From: Mobula birostris
Lineage: Eukaryota
NCBI RefSeq assembly: GCF_030028105.1
Contig: NC_092384.1
Location: 42,911,553 to 42,975,552 of the forward strand
Reading direction: 5' to 3'
DNA: 64,000 nucleotides
How positions within the stretch are numbered: the first letter of the stretch is position 1; each line of letters starts with the position of its first letter. A program made the position numbers and the translations under genes. The notes below the pieces were generated by a model, which did not search any database, was not told where the DNA came from, and saw nothing but the letters and a program-made list of their open reading frames with translations. Below, piece by piece: positions 26,401-35,400 of the stretch.

Positions 26401-29400
26401 CAAGGTCACTCGTGCATTGTCTCAAGGCTGTGGCCTCGTAAACATGGATTTAAAATCCTTTACTTTATATATCTTAGAAACCTGAAAAGGCACAATTTAT
26501 TCACTCTGACCAGTTGGCATCCTTTTGTGTTAACCCCATCACCCAGCTCTTGGTTCAGAGCTCCTCTGTGCCTAGGTGATGCAAGACATCCAGACGTTCA
26601 TTGGGACATTTCTTAGATGCTCTCAGCAAACCAGCTTTAACCACTTCCGGTGCATTTCAGGCACTTTACCATCTCTTCCCTTTACCCTCAACCTGCATTA
26701 TCTAGTTTATCTTCTCTGATATGGAGAGAAGTTTTCTGCAGTCTACCTTACCCGTTTCTCATTTAATTATATGCATTTTAGTCACGTCTCCTCTTAACCT
26801 TCTCTGCTCCATGACAGGGATCATCCTGGTGAATCTCCTTTACAATTAATTCTCTAAATCTATCTGGTAATTAATTCTGAGCTATATAACGTATAAATTG
26901 TGTACACATATTGTATGTTACTGTCATGAACTCTTAGGACCAGCGCATGGCATCGGAGGACATCAAGCCTCAGTGCTCCAATGCGCCCAAGCATCAGTGA
27001 TTTGTTTTAACTAAAACTTGTTGAGTAATTGGTTTAATCATTAAGTTTTCCTTGTGCTTTCATGCCACTTATTTTTTTGAATGTGGGTTCCTCGTACATC
27101 CTGTTTTTAGTTTGTTGTGTTTTAATTTTGATATGCACGGGATTTCCGTGCTATATGCATTATTTAGGTTAGTCATGAATAGCGTTCATCACTGAGTCCT
27201 GAAGTTGGAGTAGGAATGAACTAACATTCTGAGTCATTTATTATTCCTCTGTTACATTCTTCAAATAAATCCTCATCATTACTTTCTACCTCTGAGTCTT
27301 GAGTTTACTCTGCGCCTGGCTCGTTTGCCTGAAGAAATCATTACAGCAGGTCTCGGGCATCATGGATCCAGCAGGGTTTGATCAATTGGTAACTCGGTTA
27401 TTGGAATTTTTGCAGGTTGAAGCACAACTCCATAGGGGAGAAAGGAGCAGCACAAATTGCAGAGGCTTTGAAAACAAACAGCAGCCTGAAGGTATTGGGG
27501 TATGTATTGAACCTACTGGATTCAACACTTGACAACCTCTGGATCGTTTGTAAGGAACAACGTTCTATTCAATGTATCAGAACACTTCAAAGCACTTAAC
27601 TTCACTAATGAGCAAAAACCTTAAACTGAAACACAAAGGGAGAGATTATGTAGAATCTTAATCAGAAAGGTGAATTTTACAGTGCAATTTTTAAAGTGGG
27701 AAAGGGTAAGAGAAGTGGAGAAGAAGGAATTCCTGGAGAGGAATTTAAGTACAACACCATAGAAGAATTGAGAGAGCTTTACAAGTAACTTCACTGAGAG
27801 AGCCACTGTACAGAGGCAGAAGTAAGCATTTTGAACAATAGACCGTACATTGGTATAGTATATATTTTGTCATCTAATACGTCAAGTCTGATTTAACTTC
27901 ATATGTTTGCAAGGGAGGGACATGGGGATGATGATAAAAGAAGAGAATTTGTAGTAGGACCAGAAACAAATGCTTCTCAATATTAAATTACAGAAAGTGT
28001 GTTTCTTTCAATACTGATATCAAACAAGCAGTATGACTTAGAAACCAGGAAGGTATATGCTGTCATTATGGATATGGAATAAGTTACTGGGTTTCAAATA
28101 CTGTTGGTTAGGAGCAGTTGTAGATGGGGAATAGAAGGGACCAGTACAGGTTGTTGGAGAGCATCATAATAACAGCGAAAGCCCAAAAGAGAAGCTATTG
28201 CTGCTGATGTTGTGACCATGACTGGTAGAGTGATATCTGAAACCAATAATCTAAGTCCCACCCATCAGAACAATGAAAAGATACTGGACAATGATGTAAC
28301 TAACTGTACTAAAGGCTGTAATTTGGTAGAATAAGATGAAGACAAAATTACCTTTGTTATCAAGCAACACACATAAAAATTGCTGGTGAACGCAGCAGGC
28401 CAGGCAGCATCTATAGGAAGAGGTACATTTGACGTTTTGGGCCAAGACCCTTCGTCAGGACTAACTGAAAGAAGAGATAGTAAGAGATTTGAAAGTGGGA
28501 GGGGGAGGTGGAGATCCGAAATGATAGGAGAAGACAGGAGGGGGAGGGATGGAGCCAAGAGCTGGAAAGTTGATTGGCAAAAGGGATATGAGAGGATCAT
28601 GGGACAGGAGGCCAAGGAGAAAGAAAGGAGGAGGGGGGGAACCCAAAGGATGGGCAAGGAGTATAGTGAGAGGGACAGAGGGAGAAAAAGGAGAGAGAAA
28701 AAGAAATATATATATAATAATAATAAATAAATAACGGATGGGGTACGAAGGGGAGGTGGGGCATTAATGGAAGTCAGAGAAGTCAATGTTCATGCCATCA
28801 GGTTGGAGGCTACCCAGACGGAATATAAGGTGTTGTTCCTCCAACCTGAGTGTGGCTTCATCTTTACAGTAGAGGAGGCCGTGGATAGACATATCAGAAT
28901 GGGAATGGGACGTGGAATTAAAATGTGTGGCCACTGGGAGATCCTGTTTTCTTTGGCGGACAGAGCGTAGGTGTTCCATCTGGGTAGCCTCCAACCTGAT
29001 GGCATGAACATTGACTTCTCTAACTTCCGTTAATGCCCCACTTCCCCTTCGTACCCATCCATCCATTATTTATTTATTTATTGATTTATTCATTCATTCA
29101 TTCATTCATTCATTCACTCTCCTTTTTCTCCCTCTGTCCCTCTCACTATACCCCTTGCCCATCCTCTGGGCTTCTCCCCTCCCCCTTGTCTTTCTCCATA
29201 GGCCTCCTGTCCCATGATCCTCTCATATCCCTTTTGCCTATCACCTGTCCAGCTCTTGGCTCCATCCCTCCCCCTCCTGTCTTCTCCTATCATTTTGGAT
29301 CCCCCCCTCCCCCTCCCACTTTCAAATCTCTTCCTAGCTCTTCCTTCAGTTAGTCCTGACGAAGGGTCTCGGCCCGAAACGTCCACTGTACCTCTTCCTA

Positions 29401-32400
29401 GAGATGCTGCCTGGCCTGCTGTGTTCACCAGCAACTTTTATGTGCGTGTTGCTTGAAATTGATTTCCTCGTGATTACCTTTGTTATGTTCATTTGGGTAC
29501 GATTACTGATTAGAAGCTTTCGAAGGCTCAAACAAATGATTTAACTGCATTGTTGTTTTAGTCGCTGTATTGCTGATAGATCTCTGATGCTTAACTAAAT
29601 CACTTTGCCTTCATTAGGTTGAGAGCAAATGTTGTCAAAGCCAAAGGTGCTCAGTTCATAGCCGAGGCCCTGGAAGTCAACACCACACTGAGAGTTTTGG
29701 GGTATGTTGTCGTTCTCTTCTACTTGTGCTTGTGTGATTTCAGAGCAGCACCGTTTACTGCTTATTTTGAAAACTCGATTGACATTGTCTCATTGCGGCT
29801 CGTGTTCTTCATGTTAAAAATATTTTCAGTTTATCTTGTATAATTTATGATATATGACCTTTAAAAACCAGAGGTCAAAAAGTAAGTGTCTGTACTCACA
29901 GCTTTATCATCATTCAATCAATGCTAGAACAAAGCATTAGAATTGCTTATCTGTGTGATCTAAAGAGCACGGACATTATGCTAGATCTTCACCATTTGCT
30001 CATATCTTCATATGGGACAGTACTCCTGATTGAGCAAACTGCATTACTGGGTGCTCATTGTTAGGAATTCAAGCAAGGCTGAAGCCAATGAGGACGAGAG
30101 CGGAGGGCGGGCGGGCATTCAATGCTGTCTGCCTGCGTTTGACCAGCCTTCCTCTTCCTCTCGCTGGCTGCTTTCTCTCGGAGGAAGGCGCAGGAGCCAT
30201 TTGCAAGGATTGATCGGCGTGGCTTGTGGTTAAGGATCCTTTTCCAGAAATTTTGAGTGTGATGTTGCATGTATTTCTGGATTCTGGTTACTCTTTCCTT
30301 TTTGCTGTTTTTGAGCAGTTTGATCAGGGTGCTTCAGTGTGGACTGGGGTGCTTCGGTGAAGTCTGACTCTGCAGAATGCAGTCGGCTAGTGGTGTGGAA
30401 CTGAACTGAACTAAACGGAATACTGCTAGACTCGTAGTTTGATGTTGCCAAAAAACTCCATGTTCATTAAGCTGTTGTGTGCCTTTTTAATACTTATAAA
30501 GCTCCACTGAAAGCTGACTCAGTGGATTCTGATTAGAACATGGAACAAGAAGAGCAAATTGTCTCATCGCTTTGATTCCTCTCTATCAATACCTATGTCT
30601 GTTTCTATAGAGTTTAAAATTTTTTAAACTTTAATTTAAATATGAACATTAATATATTTGTATCTTTGTCTTAACTCAGCTTGCAGTGTAACAAGATTGG
30701 AGATGAAGGTGCAAAGTACATGGCCCAAGCAGTTGAAAGAAATCGCAGCTTGGTTGAATTACGGTATAGATTAAATCTAAGCTCACATATTAAAACCTAT
30801 CCCACTTCAACTGCTCAGGCACACGCAACTTTGTAACAATTTTAGCTTATTAACTTTTAGTTGCCATATTTTTCTTCTCAAGGCTTAGACCTATCAAGTA
30901 CTGAGTTTCTTTGAAATATTTTACAGACTTCACCTATCATATCTACTCTTCAGCTGACAGCTCCCTTGTAATTCAAAATAATTGCAATATATTACATGTC
31001 CTCAGTTATAAGAATTCAAAGCTATGATACTCCTCTAACAGCAAATGACCTTATCCTGCTGGTCCAATCCTAGATACCTCCCGACAATTTGCTCTCCACT
31101 TTCATGATAAGTACTCTGTTTTATTCACAAAAAATAAGATCTGTCCTTGGGAATTCCAGGTGTCCGGCCAGAAGAGCTTAAAGGCTAGCTGATCAGGTCT
31201 ACAATCATTGAAGTGTTTTAATTCATTTATTCTTTTCAACTTGGAAATGTCCTACACTGTGACTCATTTCATAATTCATTTGTAGCTTAATATACCGTTA
31301 ATGAGTCAAATATAGTCTTGAACATTACTTATACCCACTCAATTCCACAGGAGATATGATTGAGAAATCATTGCTTTTATTGTCAAATTATATATCTATA
31401 ATTATTGTGTAAATAATTGCTTTTGACTGTAATGGAAACAGGAAATGCTGGATATAATCAGCAGGTCAAGCCTTGGGAAAAGAAACATGAAAATCTTTCA
31501 GGTTGAGGGCCATTCATCAAAACTTCAGAACTCTGTTCTGACAGAAGGTTTTGACCTAAAGCATGAAATCCATTTTTCTATGCAGTGTGACTTGCTGAGT
31601 ATTTCCTGCATTTTATGTTCTATTTTAGATTTCCAGCATGAGCAGTTTTTGTTTTAAGTTCAATTGAATACTGTATGACTACTTTGGTTAGCAGGTTTAA
31701 CATAGTTTATTTTGTGTAAAATCCTTTCTGAAAAAAGTTCAAGACAGAAAATTCAGTACTGTCTTTCAATCTCATTTTTTTAAATCTTAATCAAACCTTT
31801 AAGACTTATTTTCACTTTTGTAATATTTTCACTGAATCATTGTTTATTGCTCATTAAATGCTGGTTTTGCCAGTACCATGCATATTCCAAAATATGAATA
31901 AGTTAAGAAAACACAGTAACAAATTCATTAACCAGTAGTTTCTATAATGCACATTTTTGACCTTTATTTTCATATATATTGTCAGTATAATTGTAAGACA
32001 AGATCTGATGAATAAAATAGATATATCTTGTTTGCAGACTTGGAGATAATGAAGTCACTGACAAGGGGAGTGGTTACTTTAGAAGCACTTTAGAAGTAAA
32101 TGATACACTTGAAGAACTGTGGTAAGAATTTTGTTTTGATTTCCATGTTTTTGAAAGTTTATTTATTATAATGTAATTGCACTTTGGGATCTCATGTGCA
32201 GGGCTTTTATTTTCTTGGAACAAAACAATCCAACAGATAGGCAGATTTCAGTATTATGATGTTTGCTATTTATGATGGAAATCATATCTTTAAATAAAAA
32301 TAAATTGAATTTGTCCCTATTGTTCATTACTAAGAAAGAAATACTATGCAATGTGAAGAGTACGAAAAGCTCTTTATAAAAAATATTGTGGAATTAAATA

Positions 32401-35400
32401 CAAAAATAATGTTAAACTATTGTATAACCAAATATCTTGTTTAACACTGCAAATTTAAACTTTTCTGTTGGGGTATTTGAAGATAAATTATTATAAACCT
32501 GAAGATAAAACCAACAAAAAACTGTAATAACCCAAACTGCATTGAAAACTTGTAAAGTTACCAAATAAAATGCATTTCGGTTATGCATTTATTTTTTAAA
32601 AAACATCTTAAATACCTATAAAATAGATCAATATGTTTTTTAAAAATATTAGTTTTAGTGCCTCCCATGGTCTTGCACACGGTGCCCAAGGAACATAGAA
32701 AGCCTACAGCACAATATAGGCCCTTCGACATGTCCTTACTATAGAAATTACCTCCGGTTACCCATAGCCCTCTATTTTTCTAAGCTCCATGTACCTATCC
32801 AGGAGTCTCTTAAAAGACCCTATCATATCTGCCTACACCACTGTTGCCAGCAGCCCATTCCACGCACTCACCTCTCTCTGCATGAAAAACTTACCCCTGA
32901 CATCTCCCCTGTAACTTCTTCCAAGCACCTTAAAACTGTGCCCTCTCATATTAGCCATTATATTGTTTATTTGTGGTCAATGTGACATAGATACATAGAA
33001 AACCTACAGCACAATACAGGCCCTTCGGCCCACAAAGTTGTGCCGAAAATATCCCTATCTTGGAAATTACTAGGCTTACCTATAGCCCTCTATTTTTCTA
33101 AACTCCATGTACCTATCCAAAAGTCTCTTAAAAGACCCTAACATATCCGCCTCCACCACAGTTGCCGGCAGCCCATTCCACGCAGTCATCATTCTCTGAG
33201 TAAAAAACTTACCCCTGACATCTCCTCTGTACCTACCCCTCAGCACCTTAAATCTGTGTCCTTTTGTGGCAACCATTTCAGCCCTGGGGAAAAAGCTTCT
33301 GATTATCCACACGATCAATGCCTCTCATCATCTTATACACCTCTATCAGGTCACCTCTCATCCTCCGCCGCTCCAAGGAGAAAAGGCCGAGTTCACTCAA
33401 ACTATTCTCATAAGGCATGCTCCCCAATCCAGGCAACATCCTTGTAAATCTCCTCTGCACCCTTTCTATGGTTTCCACATCCTTCCTGTAGTGAGATGAC
33501 CAGAACTGAGCACAGTACTCCAAGTGGGTCTGACCAGGGTCCTATATAGCTGCAACATTACCTCTCGGCTCCTAAATTCAATTCCACGATTGATGAAGGC
33601 CAATACACCGTATGCCTTCTTAACCACAGAGTCAACCCGCGCAGCTGCTTTGAGCGTCCTATGGACTCGGACCCCAAGATCCCTCTGACCCTCCACACTG
33701 CCAAGAGTCTTACCATTAATGCTATATTCTGCCATCATATTTGACATACCAAAATGAACCACTTCACAATTATCTGGGTTGAACTCCATCTGCCACTTCT
33801 CAGCCCACTTTTGCATCGTATCAATGTCCTACTGTAACCCCTGACAGCCCTCCACACTATCCACAACACCTCCAACCTTTGTGTCATCAGCAAACTACTA
33901 ACCCATCCCTCCACTTCCTCATCCAGGTCATTTATAAAAATCATGAAGAGTAAGGGTCCCAGAACAGATCCCTGAGGCACACCACTGGTCACCGACCTCC
34001 ATGCAGAATATGGTCCGTTTACAACCACTCTTTGCCTTCTGTGGGCAAGCCAGTTCTGGATCCACAAAGCAATGTTCCCTTGGATCCCATGCCTCCTTAC
34101 TTTCTCAATAAGCCTTGCATGGCCTACCTTATCAAATGCCTTGCTGAAATCCATATACACTACATCTACTGCTCTTCCTTCATCATTGTATTTAGTTACA
34201 TCCTCAAAAAATTCAATTAGGCTCATAAGGCACGACCTGCCCTTGACAAAGTCATGCTGACTATTCCTAATTATATTATACCTCTCCAAATGTTCATAAA
34301 TCCTGCCTCTCAGGATCTTCTCCATCAACTTACCAACCACTGATGCAAGAGTCACTGGTCTATAATTTCCTGGGCTATCACTACTCCCTTTCTTGAATAA
34401 AGGAACAACATCTGCAACCCTCCAATCCTCTGGAACCTGTCCCATCCCCATTTGTGATGCAAAGATCATCGCCAGAGGCTCAGCAATCTCCTCCCTCACC
34501 TCCCACAGTAGCCTGGGGTACATCTCATCCGGTCCTGGCGACTTATCCAACTTGATGCTTTCCAAAAGCTCCAGAACATCCTCTTTCTTAATATCTACAT
34601 GCTCAAGCTTTTCAGTCTGCTGCAAGTCAGTACTACAATCACCAAGATCCTTTTCTGTACTGAATACTGAGGTAAAGTATTCATTAAGTACCACTGCTAT
34701 TTGCTCCGGTTCCACACATACTTTCCTACTGTCACACTTGATAGATCCTATTCTTTCACGTCTTATCCTCTTACTCTTCACATACTTGTTGAATGCCTTG
34801 GGGTTTCCTTAATCCTGCCCACCCTAATTTCCTTCTTAAACTCCTTTCTATTAGCCTTATAATCTTCTAAATCTCTAACATTACCTAGCTCTCTGAACCT
34901 TTTGTAAGCTTTTCTTTTCTTCTTGACTAGATTTATTACAGCCTTTGTACACCACAGTTCCATAACTGCCCTGTCTCATTGGAACGTACCTATGCAGAAC
35001 TCCACACAAATATTTCCTGAACACTTGCCACATTTTTTCCGTACTTTTCCCTGAGAACATCTGTTTCCAATTTAAGCTTACAATTTCCTGCCTGATAGCC
35101 TCATAATTCCCCTTACTCCAATTAAACGCTTTTCTAACTTGTCTGTTCCTATCTCTCTCCAATGCTATCGTAAAGGAGATAGAATTATGATCACTATCTC
35201 CAAAATGCTCTCCCACTGAGAGATCTGACACATGATGAGGTTCATTTCCCAGTACCAGATCAAATACAGCCTTTCCTCTTGTAGGCTTATCTACATATTG
35301 TGTCAAGAACCCTTCCTGAACACACCTAACAAACTCCACCCCATCTAAACCCCTTGCTTTAGGAAGATGCCAATCGATACTTGGGAAATTAAAATCTCCC

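Noticed and set aside
28265-29531. Cluster of 100-170-aa Leu/Ser/Pro- and Arg/Gly-rich ORFs
   Set aside because: Low-complexity translations of the Penelope pLTR arms.
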